Assembly: GCA_902625415.1 (NCBI GenBank)
Contig: CACOBG010000002.1
Coordinates: forward strand, 21,783-85,782
Source: an uncultured SAR86 cluster bacterium
Lineage (GTDB): Bacteria > Pseudomonadota > Gammaproteobacteria > Magnimaribacterales > AG-339-G14
Reading direction: 5' to 3'
Length of the DNA stretch: 64,000 bases
Part shown: positions 40,474 to 51,536 of the stretch, in pieces
How the letters are laid out: every line of letters begins with the position of its first letter
Position numbering within the stretch: position 1 is the stretch's first letter
The notes under the pieces: generated by a model
Seen by the model: only the letters and a program-made list of their open reading frames with translations
The model's database searches: none
Told to the model about the DNA's origin: nothing
Translations under genes and position numbers: made by a program

Positions 40474-41306
40474 TGTCAATTTGTTTTTTAAACGACAAAT
40501 ATCTAGATCTTCAAGAAGCAAAAATCTCACCACTGGATAGAGGTTTTCTTTTTGGAGATGCAATTTATGAAGTAATTATTGCAGTAAATAAAAAACCCTT
40601 TGAACTTGGCGCTCATCTAACTAGATTAAAAAAAAATATATCTTCCTTAAAGTATTCATTATCAGATCAATTTGACCTAGAAGAAACAATTCTAGAAGTA
40701 ATTTCCAGAAATAAATTTTTGAACCAGGTAATTTACGTCCAAATCTCTAGAGGCACAGACATTGTAAGAGACCATATTCCAAGTAATGATTTATCACCAA
40801 CCATATTTGTATCTTCTCATGAACTGAAAACGGACTTTTCTCCGAGTTCTGGCGAGAAGGCAATTTTATTAGAAGATTTTAGATGGAGAAAAAGTCAGAT
40901 AAAGGCTACTTCTTTATTAGCCAATGTCATTTACAGATCTGAGGCTAAAAATCAGGAAGTTTTTGAGACTATTCTTTTTGAAAACGGATTCATTACTGAG
41001 GGTGCGGTAAGTAACGTTTTTTGTTGTATCGATAATAAAATCTTAACGCCGCCTTTAACTGAAAATATTCTTCCTGGAGTAACAAGAAAAGTAATCTTAG
41101 AGCTAATTCAAGATACCTCTTTTGAATACGAAGAGACTAAAATTACTGTGGATTCTTTTCTTTCAGCAGAAGAGATTTGGGTTACAAACTCAACCAAGGG
41201 AGTCATTCCAATCATTGAACTTGATGGTAAAAAAATAGGATCCGGATTACCTGGTGAAAAATATCTTCAAGTTTCTAAAGCTTTCATAAGCAAACTTTCG
41301 GGTTAG
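40473..41306 (+). CDS. Class IV PLP aminotransferase, D-amino-acid transaminase-like
   Basis: DRGFLFGDAIYEV, RW..SQIKATSLL, ITEGAVSN, ILPGVTR. Confidence 0.8.
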   Translation: MSICFLNDKYLDLQEAKISPLDRGFLFGDAIYEVIIAVNKKPFELGAHLTRLKKNISSLKYSLSDQFDLEETILEVISRNKFLNQVIYVQISRGTDIVRDHIPSNDLSPTIFVSSHELKTDFSPSSGEKAILLEDFRWRKSQIKATSLLANVIYRSEAKNQEVFETILFENGFITEGAVSNVFCCIDNKILTPPLTENILPGVTRKVILELIQDTSFEYEETKITVDSFLSAEEIWVTNSTKGVIPIIELDGKKIGSGLPGEKYLQVSKAFISKLSG

Positions 41307-42214
41307 ATATACCCAAAATTTACAATAATTTTTTTTAATTCAGCCCAGAATTCTGACTTTCCTGTTTTAAAGTCTCTATCAAGAACTGCGATTTTTTTTC
41401 TTAAACTTTTAATTTGCGGTGGTGATATTTTCTTTGCTTTAATTTTGAGCTTGGAAAGGTAATCTCTTGGAACACCTTTTAGAAAAAAATTTGGATTCTT
41501 TTTGTATTGCTCCAATCGATCAAGCTGTTGGTGAATGACAGCGATAATACCTGGCTCATTTTCTTTATTTAATTTCATAATTTCCAAAATTTCTAAAGAT
41601 TTTGAAACCTGGTTAGACAAGCAACTATTTATCAAGCTAAAGACATGATATTCAGAGCTATCTTTTACAAATTCATAATCCATATGTTTTTGATCCAAAC
41701 ATTTTAGAAATTTTAGCTCTTGATAAGCAGACAATAAATTTTCCTCATTTCGGGAGGCAATTAAATTAATGCCTTCTTCGCTCAAAAGTAAATCCATATT
41801 TTTCGCTTCGTCCTTGATCCAATCTTTGAATTGATTTGAATAGACCGGCTGAATTTCGGAGATTTCGAGGTATTTTGAAATTTTTTTAAACCAAGCAGAT
41901 GTTTTGATTTTTTTATTCAATGAAGAAATAACTATCATGCGATTTGAGTTATCGTTTCCTAATAAGCTCAAAAAAAAATCTAAATCATCTTTTAGGATAC
42001 TTTTTTCTTGAAGACGCAAATCTATTATTTCTTTTTCACTAAACAAACTACCTTGTTGATTTTCAATGTTTATTTCTTCTTTAATTCCTTTTTTGTAAAA
42101 GAAAATCTTTCTACTAAGGAAGCCTTCTTTTTTAAGATTAGAAATGAATTCGTCTCTCAACTTGGAGTTCAGTAACTCGTCATTGCTTAAAATTAATTTA
42201 TGCTGATTCCGCAT
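41303..42214 (-). CDS. holA: DNA polymerase III delta subunit (divergent)
   Basis: SLFSEKEII segment, NLLSAYQEL, VFSLI; leuS-lptE-holA synteny. Confidence 0.8.
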   Translation of the reverse strand: MRNQHKLILSNDELLNSKLRDEFISNLKKEGFLSRKIFFYKKGIKEEINIENQQGSLFSEKEIIDLRLQEKSILKDDLDFFLSLLGNDNSNRMIVISSLNKKIKTSAWFKKISKYLEISEIQPVYSNQFKDWIKDEAKNMDLLLSEEGINLIASRNEENLLSAYQELKFLKCLDQKHMDYEFVKDSSEYHVFSLINSCLSNQVSKSLEILEIMKLNKENEPGIIAVIHQQLDRLEQYKKNPNFFLKGVPRDYLSKLKIKAKKISPPQIKSLRKKIAVLDRDFKTGKSEFWAELKKIIVNFGYI

Positions 42215-42728
42215 TGCTTTTTTCTGAAAAGAAAATCAACAACTCATTGACCGCCTCACTAAAGAAATCCAGTTTAATTTCATCTGCTTGTTTTTCATTT
42301 GAAAGAATACTTTCGGTGTCGTAAGAAAAATCTTCTGATGTAAAGATTGGAATCTCATGGATGGTATTAGTATTTTTTTCAAAAATACTTAACTTAACTT
42401 GATAATCAAGACTTACTACAGCAGGAAAAAAATTTTCATCTGTTGCCTCCAGAAATTTGCCAAGTCTATGGTTACTGATTTCAATTACAAAATCTGCAGC
42501 ATCTTTAGTTTCTGCTAGATTCGCATTCATTAAGAAAAAATTCTTTTTTAATTCTTGCACAAGAGAAAAGTTCAGAGGATTTTTTTGAAACTCAAAAAAA
42601 ATCATAATCTTTTTCTCAGAATAATTTAGTGGTTTAAAACCACATGCAGCAATAAAAAGAATTAATAAGGAATTTAAGAAGATTCTTTTTAATTCAAATG
42701 ACAAAATTGACGAGTTTTTTTGGAACAT
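42198..42728 (-). CDS. lptE: LPS assembly lipoprotein LptE (start uncertain)
   Basis: Lipobox IAACGF; position between leuS and holA. Confidence 0.75.
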   Translation of the reverse strand: MFQKNSSILSFELKRIFLNSLLILFIAACGFKPLNYSEKKIMIFFEFQKNPLNFSLVQELKKNFFLMNANLAETKDAADFVIEISNHRLGKFLEATDENFFPAVVSLDYQVKLSIFEKNTNTIHEIPIFTSEDFSYDTESILSNEKQADEIKLDFFSEAVNELLIFFSEKSNAESA

Positions 42729-45081
42729 ATATTGTTTTTTTTATATCTTCTTTTTCTAAATATTTTTTTATATTTTCTAATTCTTTACTTTCTTCAATAA
42801 TTGTTTCTTCACTGCTTGAAATATCCACTAGGATTTTTCCTCTTAATTTACCATTAATCTGAATTGCAATCGTCATTTCGTTTCCTTCTAATTGATTTTC
42901 ATCATAGGCAGGCCAAGTTTCATTATGAATAGGAGATTTTTTACCTAATGCTTCCCATAATTCATGGCAGACATGAGGAATGATTGGAGAAAGCATAATT
43001 AAGCTTTTTTCAATTATTTCCTTAAAAACTTCATTACTTTCATTTGAAACGTAACTTTTCAACATTGCTTTGGGAATGGCATTTAATAATTCCATAATCG
43101 CTGCAATTGCGGTATTGAATTGATTTTTGTCTCCAAAGTCCGCAGAGACTTTTTTGATCGTTTGATTCAATTTAATTTGAATATCACTTAAATCCAATGA
43201 TTGCACTTTGTTGTCTACAGTCTGGTTGAATAAGGTTTGTGATAAGGACCAAAGCCTTTTTATAAACTTATGAGAACCATTAACCCCAGAATCAGACCAT
43301 TCCAAAGATTGCTCAGGAGGGGCAGCAAACATGGAAAACAGCCTCACAGTATCAGCACCATATTTATCAATCAACTCATTAGGATTAACAGTATTTCCTT
43401 TAGATTTTGACATCTTCGATCCGTCTTTCAGAACCATGCCTTGACATAGCAATTTTTTAAATGGCTCTCTTACACTAATTAAAGATAAGTCATTCATGGC
43501 TTTACAAAAAAAACGCGAGTACAAAAGGTGAAGAATTGCGTGTTCTATTCCACCTATATATTGATCTACTGGCATCCAATAATCTGCTTCAGCATCAAGC
43601 ATTGATTCCGAAGAGTTATAAGATGCAAATCTTGCAAAATACCAGGATGATTCAACAAAAGTATCAAAAGTATCTTTCTCTTTGAAATAGTCTACCCCAT
43701 TCAATTCGATCTTTTCCTTTGCAATCTCTTCATGACTTAAATTGTTGAATGGTAAAACTTCATTTTCGTTATCTGATATGAACATGGGTATTGGAGCTCC
43801 CCAAGCTCTTTGTCTTGAAACTCCCCAATTTCTTAAACGAAAATTGATTTTTTCTTTTCCTTTGTAACCAAAGTTATTTTCTTCGGTCAATAGCGAAAAA
43901 GCTTTTTCAAAAGAAAGTCCATTTAACTTGTCAGAATTAATTAAAATTCCTTTACCTTCTATGGCGCTTTCTATTTTGTCTAATTCTCCTCTACCATCGT
44001 CAATAACCTGAATGATTTCAATCTTTTCAGCTTGAGCGAACTCAAAATCTCTTTGGTCATGGCCAGGGACACCCATTAAAGCCCCCGAACCATAATCAGC
44101 CAAAACGAAGTTTGCCACCCAAATATCTATCTCTATATTTGAAATTGGATGAATTGCTTTAGTCTTTAATTTATAACCTTTTTTTTCTTGTTTTAATAAA
44201 TCTGCTTCTGCCTGTTTTACATTTGAGTTGTTTTTTATCCACTCTGCCAGTTCGCGATCATTTTCTGCTTCTCTTTCTACAATTTCATGATTGAAAGACA
44301 AAGCCATGAAAGTAACTCCCATGATGGTATCAGGTCTCGTAGTAAATACTTCAATAATATCCTCAGAATCTGAAATAAATTGAAACAAAACTCCTTTGGA
44401 TTTCCCTATCCAATTTTTTTGCATTGTCTTGACCTGTTCAGGCCAACCGTCTAGAAGATCCAGATCATTTAAAAGCTCATCTGCGTAATCGGTGATTTTA
44501 AAAGACCACTGATTGATAATTTTTTTTTCAACTTCTGCACCGGATCGCCAACCTCTACCTTCAATTACTTGTTCATTTGCGAGTACTGTTTTATCGACAG
44601 GATCCCAATTAACTTCGGCTTTTTCTCTAATAACCAAACCTTTTTCGTAAAGCTTACAAAATAACCATTGCTCCCATTTGTAGTAATCTTCACTGCAAGT
44701 TTTTAATTCTCTCCGCCAGTCATAAGCAAAGCCAAGTGATTTAAGTTGGAGCTTCATCTCTTGAATATTTTTCTCTGTCCAATCTTTGGGCGAAACTTTG
44801 TTTTGAATAGCAGCGTTCTCCGCAGGTAATCCAAAGGCATCCCAGCCCATTGGTTGCAAGACATTTTTTCCTTTTAGTCTTTGATATCTTGAAATCACAT
44901 CACCGATCGTATAGTTTCTCACATGTCCCATATGACACTGTCCTGAGGGATAGGGAAACATACTCAAGCAATAAAATTTTTCTTTTTTGGGGTCGGGCTC
45001 AACCTCAAAAGACTTATTTTCTTCCCAGTACTTTTGGGCTTTTTTTTCGATTAATTGAAAGTTATATTCAGTTTCTGCCAT
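42694..45081 (-). CDS. leuS: Leucine--tRNA ligase
   Basis: PYPSG..HMGH, FTTRPDT editing domain, [15 protein letters not shown]. Confidence 0.97.
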   Translation of the reverse strand: MAETEYNFQLIEKKAQKYWEENKSFEVEPDPKKEKFYCLSMFPYPSGQCHMGHVRNYTIGDVISRYQRLKGKNVLQPMGWDAFGLPAENAAIQNKVSPKDWTEKNIQEMKLQLKSLGFAYDWRRELKTCSEDYYKWEQWLFCKLYEKGLVIREKAEVNWDPVDKTVLANEQVIEGRGWRSGAEVEKKIINQWSFKITDYADELLNDLDLLDGWPEQVKTMQKNWIGKSKGVLFQFISDSEDIIEVFTTRPDTIMGVTFMALSFNHEIVEREAENDRELAEWIKNNSNVKQAEADLLKQEKKGYKLKTKAIHPISNIEIDIWVANFVLADYGSGALMGVPGHDQRDFEFAQAEKIEIIQVIDDGRGELDKIESAIEGKGILINSDKLNGLSFEKAFSLLTEENNFGYKGKEKINFRLRNWGVSRQRAWGAPIPMFISDNENEVLPFNNLSHEEIAKEKIELNGVDYFKEKDTFDTFVESSWYFARFASYNSSESMLDAEADYWMPVDQYIGGIEHAILHLLYSRFFCKAMNDLSLISVREPFKKLLCQGMVLKDGSKMSKSKGNTVNPNELIDKYGADTVRLFSMFAAPPEQSLEWSDSGVNGSHKFIKRLWSLSQTLFNQTVDNKVQSLDLSDIQIKLNQTIKKVSADFGDKNQFNTAIAAIMELLNAIPKAMLKSYVSNESNEVFKEIIEKSLIMLSPIIPHVCHELWEALGKKSPIHNETWPAYDENQLEGNEMTIAIQINGKLRGKILVDISSSEETIIEESKELENIKKYLEKEDIKKTIYVPKKLVNFVI

Positions 45082-46421
45082 TAGGAAATATTTAGAATTT
45101 CTTTTAGATAATTTATAGAAATATTTCCCTCAACAAAGTTTTTTTCATGAAAGATCTTGTCGTGCAGATCAGTATTGGTATCAATTCCTTCTATGTACAT
45201 TTCCTCTAGAGCCACTCTCATTTTTCTAATAGCGTCCAGTCGGTCCTTGGAGTGAGAACAAATCTTAGCGACCAAGGCATCATAATACTGTGGGACTTTA
45301 TATCCTGAATACAAGTGTGAGTCGGTTCTGATTCTAAATCCACCTGGCGGATGAAATTCTGTAACCAAACCTGGCGAAGGAATAAAGGTCTCAGAATGTT
45401 CGGCATTTATTCTGCATTCGATTGCGTGGCCTCGACAATTTATCTCCTCTTGAGAAAACCTTATTTCTTCACCTGCAGCAATTTTTATTTGTAACTTTAC
45501 TAAGTCTATTCCTGTAATCATCTCGGTAATGGTATGTTCTACTTGAAGACGTGTATTCATTTCAATAAAATAAAATTCTCCATTTTCGTAGAGAAACTCA
45601 AAAGTTCCCAAGCCCTTATAATTAAGTTTTTTACAAGTATCCACTGAAATTTTCCTAATCTCTTGTAGTTTTTCTTCTGGTATTCCAAAAGCTGGCGCTT
45701 CTTCAATAATCTTTTGATTTTTTCTTTGGATGGAACAATCTCTTTCAAAAAAATGAATTACATTTCCTGCGTTATCTGCAGCTATTTGAATTTCAACATG
45801 TCTCGGGGAGGTTAAAAATTTTTCTAAATAAATTTCATCGCTTCCAAAACTATTTAAAGCCTCTCTCTGTGTAAGTTGTAGCTTGTCAAGCAAATCAGTT
45901 TCTTCCTCAACTATTTGAATGCCTTTACCACCTCCGCCTGCAGCGGCTTTGATGATTACTGGATACCCAATGTTTCTTGCAATTTCCATTGTTTCTCTAT
46001 TTGTTGCAGAAATTCTTCCAGTCCCTGGAACACATTGCATGCCTGAACTTGAAACAGCTTCTTTTGCTGAAATTTTATTACCCATGGTCTTAATACTTTC
46101 AGGATCTGGACCAATAAAAGTATATCCACTAGCTTGGACTTGTTCTGCGAAGTGATCGTTTTCCGCTAAAAAACCTACTCCAGGATGAATAGCATCACTG
46201 TCTGTTACTTCACAGGCACTTATAATAGCTGGGATATTTAAATAACTCTTTGCAGACTCTGCCGGCCCAATGCAAACAGATTCGTCTGCCATTTTTACGT
46301 GCTTTAAGTTCTTATCTGCTTCAGAGTAGATTGCAACTGTAGCAATTCCCATTTCCTTACAGGCTCTTAGAACTCTAAGAGCTACTTCTCCTCTGTTAGC
46401 AATGAGAATTTTTTTGAACAT
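45081..46421 (-). CDS. accC: Acetyl-CoA carboxylase biotin carboxylase
   Basis: [36 protein letters not shown]. Confidence 0.96.
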   Translation of the reverse strand: MFKKILIANRGEVALRVLRACKEMGIATVAIYSEADKNLKHVKMADESVCIGPAESAKSYLNIPAIISACEVTDSDAIHPGVGFLAENDHFAEQVQASGYTFIGPDPESIKTMGNKISAKEAVSSSGMQCVPGTGRISATNRETMEIARNIGYPVIIKAAAGGGGKGIQIVEEETDLLDKLQLTQREALNSFGSDEIYLEKFLTSPRHVEIQIAADNAGNVIHFFERDCSIQRKNQKIIEEAPAFGIPEEKLQEIRKISVDTCKKLNYKGLGTFEFLYENGEFYFIEMNTRLQVEHTITEMITGIDLVKLQIKIAAGEEIRFSQEEINCRGHAIECRINAEHSETFIPSPGLVTEFHPPGGFRIRTDSHLYSGYKVPQYYDALVAKICSHSKDRLDAIRKMRVALEEMYIEGIDTNTDLHDKIFHEKNFVEGNISINYLKEILNIS

Positions 46422-46892
46422 TTACTCTATTACAAATAAAGGTTGACCAAACTCAACTGGTTCAGCGTTTTCAATGAGAACTTGCTTGATAGTTCCAGAA
46501 GAGTCCGCCTTGACTTCATTCATCATTTTCATAGCTTCAATGATACAAAGAACATCTCCCTCTGAAATTTTGTCGCCAACCGATACAAAGTCTTTTGCTC
46601 CTGGATTTGGAGCTGCATAAAAAGTTCCAACCATTGGAGAGTCAATAGTTTGTCCAGATATTGTTTCATCTTCAGTCGATTGACTAGTATCTGAATCTGC
46701 AGAAACATTATCATTCACAACTGCTGGCTGTGGAGCAGGGGCAACAGCATTGGATGTTACAATTTGTTCTTGAACAGGAACAGAAATTGCTTTGACTAGC
46801 TTTACTGATTCCTCTCCTTCTTTAATTTCTATTTCATTGAGTTGTGACTCTTCTAACATTTCTATTAGTTTTTTTACTTTTCTAATATCCAT
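46422..46892 (-). CDS. accB: Biotin carboxyl carrier protein
   Basis: [13 protein letters not shown] biotinylation site; AAGGAG SD. Confidence 0.96.
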   Translation of the reverse strand: MDIRKVKKLIEMLEESQLNEIEIKEGEESVKLVKAISVPVQEQIVTSNAVAPAPQPAVVNDNVSADSDTSQSTEDETISGQTIDSPMVGTFYAAPNPGAKDFVSVGDKISEGDVLCIIEAMKMMNEVKADSSGTIKQVLIENAEPVEFGQPLFVIE

Positions 46893-46904
46893 AGTTTCTC
46901 CTTT

Positions 46905-47339
46905 TTAAAATCTTTCTATTGCCAGTTCTAGAGCAGCTTTGTATCCCTGCTCACCAAAACCAGAAATTATGCCAACAGCTATGTCAGAAAAATAAGATTT
47001 TTCTCTGAAGGCTTCTCTATTGAAAATATTGCTAATATGAATTTCTATTAGCGGAATGTCTACACCAAGAATAGCATCTCTCAGAGCAACGCTAGTATGA
47101 GTGAAAGCTCCTGGATTAAACAAAATACATGAAACTTTTTCTTCCTTTCCCGCTTGAATTCTATCTACAAGTTCATGCTCTGCATTGCTTTGAAACGTCA
47201 TCAACTCAACTTTATTTTTATTAGCAATTGCAACTAATTCTTTTTCTATTTGTTCTAAAGTATGTTCTCCATAAATATCTGTTTCTCGCTTTCCAAGTAA
47301 ATTAAGATTTGGTCCATTTAAAAGAAGAAAACTTTTCAT
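46905..47339 (-). CDS. aroQ: Type II 3-dehydroquinate dehydratase
   Basis: NGPNLNLLGKRE..IYG, QSNAEHEL, NPGAFTHTS, EIHISN. Confidence 0.96.
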   Translation of the reverse strand: MKSFLLLNGPNLNLLGKRETDIYGEHTLEQIEKELVAIANKNKVELMTFQSNAEHELVDRIQAGKEEKVSCILFNPGAFTHTSVALRDAILGVDIPLIEIHISNIFNREAFREKSYFSDIAVGIISGFGEQGYKAALELAIERF

Positions 47340-47359
47340 TCTAAGATTTTAGCCGAAAT

Positions 47360-47797
47360 TTAATTGATTTTCACAGAAGATATGCTTTTTTTATTGTACT
47401 TTATAACGATATTTTTCATTTTGCTGGGATAGCAAACCTTATTTTTATAACAACCTTGGTAGTTTAAGCTTATTTTTTTTTCATCATTGGAAGCAAATTT
47501 TATTTTAAAGTCAGAATCAACAATTTCAATCAGACCAAAAAATATATCTTCTTTTTCTTCCTTCTTACCGAGGAACTTAAAATTTATATTTGAATCTTTT
47601 GAGTCTTTCAAAATGATCTTATCGAAATATATATAGGTTGCAGGTACCAATTTGAAACTTACTAAAATACTTTGATTTTCTATGTCCGTAGAAAGTGTGA
47701 AAGCTTTGTCTGCAGAAGGAATAAAATTATTTGAGTCAAAAATTTGCCCATAACTTAGGAGAGAAAAAAAGCTAACTATAATTAATTTTTTTTTCAT
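47360..47797 (-). CDS. Stand-alone DsbD N-terminal (alpha) domain protein
   Basis: Signal-peptide-like N-terminus, F.....AF, YIY..K, YQGCYKNKVCYP (C-x5-C); occupies the dsbD slot upstream of aroQ-accB-accC. Confidence 0.75.
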   Translation of the reverse strand: MKKKLIIVSFFSLLSYGQIFDSNNFIPSADKAFTLSTDIENQSILVSFKLVPATYIYFDKIILKDSKDSNINFKFLGKKEEKEDIFFGLIEIVDSDFKIKFASNDEKKISLNYQGCYKNKVCYPSKMKNIVIKYNKKSISSVKIN

Positions 47798-47811
47798 GTA
47801 ACCTTCTTTAT

Positions 47812-49392
47812 ATGAATATTTTGGAAGTAAAAAATCTCTCCATTTATTTTAATACAAATAAAGACAACGAAATTTTAGCAGCCTCGAATATTACTTTTTC
47901 CATTTCAAAGGGCGAAACACTTTCTATTGTTGGAGAATCTGGTTCTGGGAAAAGTATTATTGGCTTGTCAATTATGAAGTTACTTCCTTACCCTTTGGCT
48001 GGTCATGGATCAGAAAGCAAGATCCTCTTTAAAGGCGAAGACATTCTTCAAAAATCAAAGTTACAAATGCGCAAGTTACGTGGAAAAAAAATATCAATGA
48101 TTTTTCAAGAACCCATGACTTCTTTAAATCCTTTTTTGAAATGTGGAGAACAAATCAAAGAGAGCATTTTCTCAAGTTCTACTAATCTTAATAAAAAAAG
48201 TCGAGTTATGGAGCTTTTAGAAGAAGTTGAATTTGAAGATCCAGAAAAAATCTTTAACTCCTATCCTCACCAAATTTCAGGAGGCCAAAGACAAAGAGTC
48301 ATGATTGCAATGGCTATATCAAATGAACCAGATATTTTAATTGCCGACGAACCTACGACAGCTCTCGATGTTAGTGTTGAACAAAGCTTATTAGTTTTAT
48401 TAAAAAAAATACAAAAAAAAATGGGGATGAGCATCATTTTCATTTCTCATGATCTGAATATTGTAAGAAAAATATCAGATAGAGTTTTGGTTATGCAAAG
48501 AGGTGAGATAAAGGAAAAAAACTCAATGAAAGAAATTTTTCAAAATGCTAAAGATCCATATACTAAGAGATTAATAAATTCCTCCCCAGAACCCAAGCTA
48601 GGGAGTAAAGATCTGAATGATGAAATTCTAAAAATTTCTTCTTTGAATTTAACCTACTCAAAAAGAGACTTTATTGGCAGAACATCTAATTTTTCTGCAC
48701 TCAAGAATATCAATTTGTCTATTAAAAAAAATTCCGCTCTTGGTTTAGTAGGCGAATCCGGATCAGGGAAGTCGTCTCTTGCAAGATCGATTTTAGGAAT
48801 TGAAAAATTCTCGGGAGAGATATTTTTTAAAGATAAAAATATCTTGAATTACAATAGTAAAGAAAAAAAACATTTCAAACAAAATTGTCAGCTTGTTTTT
48901 CAAGATCCCTTCAGTTCTCTTTCGCCAAGACAAAAAATATTCGATATTGTTAAAGAGGGGCTTGATATTCATGAGTCCTCATTAAACTTCTTGCAAAAAA
49001 AAGAGAGAGTTTTAAAAGTCCTCGAAGACGTAAAAATGGATGAAAGTTGTTTCAATAAATACCCACATGAATTCTCCGGCGGACAAAGACAAAGAATTGC
49101 CCTTGCAAAAGTGTTGATTTTGGAACCAGAGTTTCTCATTTTAGACGAACCAACCTCAGCACTTGATATTTCAATTCAAAAAGAAATAATCAACCTTTTA
49201 TTAGATTTGCAGTCAAAAAGGGGATTGAGTTATTTATTGATAAGTCACGATTTAAAGGTTATTAATGCCATTGCAGATGAAATAGTTGTTTTAAAGTCAG
49301 GTAAAATAATTGAACAAGGTAAACGAGATGACATTTTCCATGATGCTAAAGAGCAATACACGAAATCTTTAATTCAGGCAGCTTACAACTAA
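47812..49392 (+). CDS. yejF: Tandem-ATPase subunit of a peptide ABC transporter (YejF-like)
   Basis: Two GESGSGKS Walker A, ISGGQRQR/FSGGQRQR signatures, DEPTT/DEPTS. Confidence 0.8.
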   Translation: MNILEVKNLSIYFNTNKDNEILAASNITFSISKGETLSIVGESGSGKSIIGLSIMKLLPYPLAGHGSESKILFKGEDILQKSKLQMRKLRGKKISMIFQEPMTSLNPFLKCGEQIKESIFSSSTNLNKKSRVMELLEEVEFEDPEKIFNSYPHQISGGQRQRVMIAMAISNEPDILIADEPTTALDVSVEQSLLVLLKKIQKKMGMSIIFISHDLNIVRKISDRVLVMQRGEIKEKNSMKEIFQNAKDPYTKRLINSSPEPKLGSKDLNDEILKISSLNLTYSKRDFIGRTSNFSALKNINLSIKKNSALGLVGESGSGKSSLARSILGIEKFSGEIFFKDKNILNYNSKEKKHFKQNCQLVFQDPFSSLSPRQKIFDIVKEGLDIHESSLNFLQKKERVLKVLEDVKMDESCFNKYPHEFSGGQRQRIALAKVLILEPEFLILDEPTSALDISIQKEIINLLLDLQSKRGLSYLLISHDLKVINAIADEIVVLKSGKIIEQGKRDDIFHDAKEQYTKSLIQAAYN

Positions 49393-49400
49393 TTTTTTAA

Positions 49401-51071
49401 ATGACAAAAATAAATAAAAGAAAATATTCGGCTCCTTTAGTTGATGGACCGGAACAAGCTCCTTCTCGCTCAATGCTCAGAGCTGCAGGCTTTGATGATG
49501 ATGATTTTAAAAAGCCACAGGTGGGGGTTGCTTCCACATGGTCCAAAGTGACTCCATGCAATATGCACATAAATGATCTTGCATCTTTGATTTGCGATTC
49601 AATCGATCAAGAAGAGTTAAAGGCCGTATTATTTAACACCATCACAATTTCTGATGGAATCTCAATGGGTACTTTAGGAATGAGATATTCATTAGTCTCT
49701 AGAGAAGTAATTGCTGATTCAATCGAAACAGTTGTTGGCTGTCAGTCTTTTGATGGCGTCGTTGCAATCGGGGGCTGTGACAAAAATATGCCTGGCTGTT
49801 TAATAGGTTTGGCCAGATTAAATCGCCCATCTATTTTTGTCTATGGTGGTTCAATTAGGCCAGGAGCAAACCACACAGATTTGGTTACTGTGATGGAAGG
49901 AGTGGGAAGTTTTTCAGGAAATAAAATTTCTGAAGAAGAATTAATTGCAATAGAAAAAACGGCTTTACCAGGACCTGGCTCTTGCGGAGGCATGTATACT
50001 GCTAATACTATGGCTTCCGCAATTGAAGCTTTGGGTATGAGCTTACCCGGCAGCAGTTCACAAGATGCAGTTTCAATCGAAAAACATGAAGATTGTAGGA
50101 AGATCGGAAATGCAATCAATAATCTTCTCGAAAAAGATATCAAGCCCACAGACATTATGACCCGAAAGGCTTTTGAAAATGCCATACGAGTTGTAATAGC
50201 TTTAGGTGGCTCAACTAATGCTGTACTCCATTTGTTGGCAATGGCAAAAAGTGTAGACATACCACTGGATATTGACGATTTCGAAGAAATTGGCAAAACC
50301 AGTCCATTATTAGCTGATTTAAGACCTTCAGGACATTTTCTTATGTCTGAGTTGAATGAGATTGGAGGTATACAACCTTTGATGAAAACCCTTTTAGATG
50401 CAGATCTTCTACATGGCGATACATTGACAGTAACAGGTAAAACCATGAGGGAAAACCTTAGCGATGTGAAACCGTATCCGAAAAAGCAAAAAATTATAAT
50501 GCCTTTGGACGAGCCCATTAAGAAAGACAGTCATCTTAAAATCTTAAAAGGAAATCTTGCAAGTGAAGGAGCTGTCGCAAAAATTACTGGAAAAGAGGGG
50601 CATAGTTTTTCAGGATCAGCACGTGTTTTTAATTCTGAAGAAGAAACTTTAGATGCTATTTATGGCTCTGAGATTCAAGAAGGTGATGTTATTGTGGTTA
50701 GATATGAAGGACCAGTTGGCGGTCCGGGTATGCGAGAAATGCTTAAACCAACTTCAGCAATTATGGGTCAGGGTTTAGGAGATAAAGTTGCTTTTATTAC
50801 TGATGGAAGATTTTCTGGAGGATCACACGGTTTTGTTGTGGGTCATGTTACTCCTGAAGCTGCCAAAGGAGGATTAATTGGCCTTCTTGAAGATGGGGAC
50901 AAAATTACGATAGATGCTGTTAAAGGGACAATTGAGGCTGATATAAAATTCGAGGAAATTGAAAAAAGAAAGAAAAGTTGGAAAAATCCGAAACCAATGC
51001 CAAAAAAGGGTGTTTTGGCAAAATATGCCAAGACAGTCCAATCGGCTTCGGAAGGAGCGGTAACAGATTAA
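49401..51071 (+). CDS. ilvD: Dihydroxy-acid dehydratase
   Basis: [44 protein letters not shown]. Confidence 0.96.
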   Translation: MTKINKRKYSAPLVDGPEQAPSRSMLRAAGFDDDDFKKPQVGVASTWSKVTPCNMHINDLASLICDSIDQEELKAVLFNTITISDGISMGTLGMRYSLVSREVIADSIETVVGCQSFDGVVAIGGCDKNMPGCLIGLARLNRPSIFVYGGSIRPGANHTDLVTVMEGVGSFSGNKISEEELIAIEKTALPGPGSCGGMYTANTMASAIEALGMSLPGSSSQDAVSIEKHEDCRKIGNAINNLLEKDIKPTDIMTRKAFENAIRVVIALGGSTNAVLHLLAMAKSVDIPLDIDDFEEIGKTSPLLADLRPSGHFLMSELNEIGGIQPLMKTLLDADLLHGDTLTVTGKTMRENLSDVKPYPKKQKIIMPLDEPIKKDSHLKILKGNLASEGAVAKITGKEGHSFSGSARVFNSEEETLDAIYGSEIQEGDVIVVRYEGPVGGPGMREMLKPTSAIMGQGLGDKVAFITDGRFSGGSHGFVVGHVTPEAAKGGLIGLLEDGDKITIDAVKGTIEADIKFEEIEKRKKSWKNPKPMPKKGVLAKYAKTVQSASEGAVTD

Positions 51072-51099
51072 AAAAGCTTGTTTTATTTAAATCCGCCCT

Positions 51100-51105
51100 C
51101 ATAAT
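51100..51105 (+). promoter_or_regulatory. -10 CATAAT, 6 nt before trxA ATG (putative leaderless start)
   Basis: TTGTTT(51078-83)-16 nt-CATAAT-aaaagt-ATG. Confidence 0.55.
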
Positions 51106-51111
51106 AAAAGT

Positions 51112-51435
51112 ATGTCCAAACCCATCGAATTAACAGATGAAAATTTAGAAGAAACTCTATCAAGTTCTTCAGTGCCTGTGCTCGTTGATTATTGGGCTGA
51201 ATGGTGTGGACCATGTAAAATGGTTGCTCCAGTCCTAGAAGAGCTTGCAGCTGAACTTGATGGTAAATTAACCATCGGTAAGGTTGATGTTGATTCCAAT
51301 CGGGACTCGGCAGCTAAACAGAATGTCATGAGTATACCTACCCTAATATTATTTAAGGATGGACAACCAATTGATCAAAGAATTGGAGCCTTAACAAAAA
51401 ATCAACTTCAAGAATTCATCAACGAACATATTTAA
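51112..51435 (+). CDS. trxA: Thioredoxin
   Basis: WCGPC; trxA-rho synteny. Confidence 0.97.
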   Translation: MSKPIELTDENLEETLSSSSVPVLVDYWAEWCGPCKMVAPVLEELAAELDGKLTIGKVDVDSNRDSAAKQNVMSIPTLILFKDGQPIDQRIGALTKNQLQEFINEHI

Positions 51436-51536
51436 TACTCGAAAAAACTAGACTCATAATTTCTATAGTGGTACATTGCATGCCTACTTCCAGTAGAAAC
51501 ACTCATAATCTTTAATTTATAAAAACATTTAAAAAT

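Noticed and set aside
43790-43845. LeuRS motif variant [13 protein letters not shown] instead of LRDWGVSRQRYWG
   Set aside because: HIGH, KMSKS, editing and leucine-pocket motifs ([19 protein letters not shown]) are intact; likely ordinary divergence
49841-50518. 225-aa antisense ORF inside ilvD, and similar shadow ORFs such as 27758-28153, 51887-52276 and 2179-2526
   Set aside because: Fully nested opposite conserved genes, with no motifs or start signals; expected from codon bias of the sense gene
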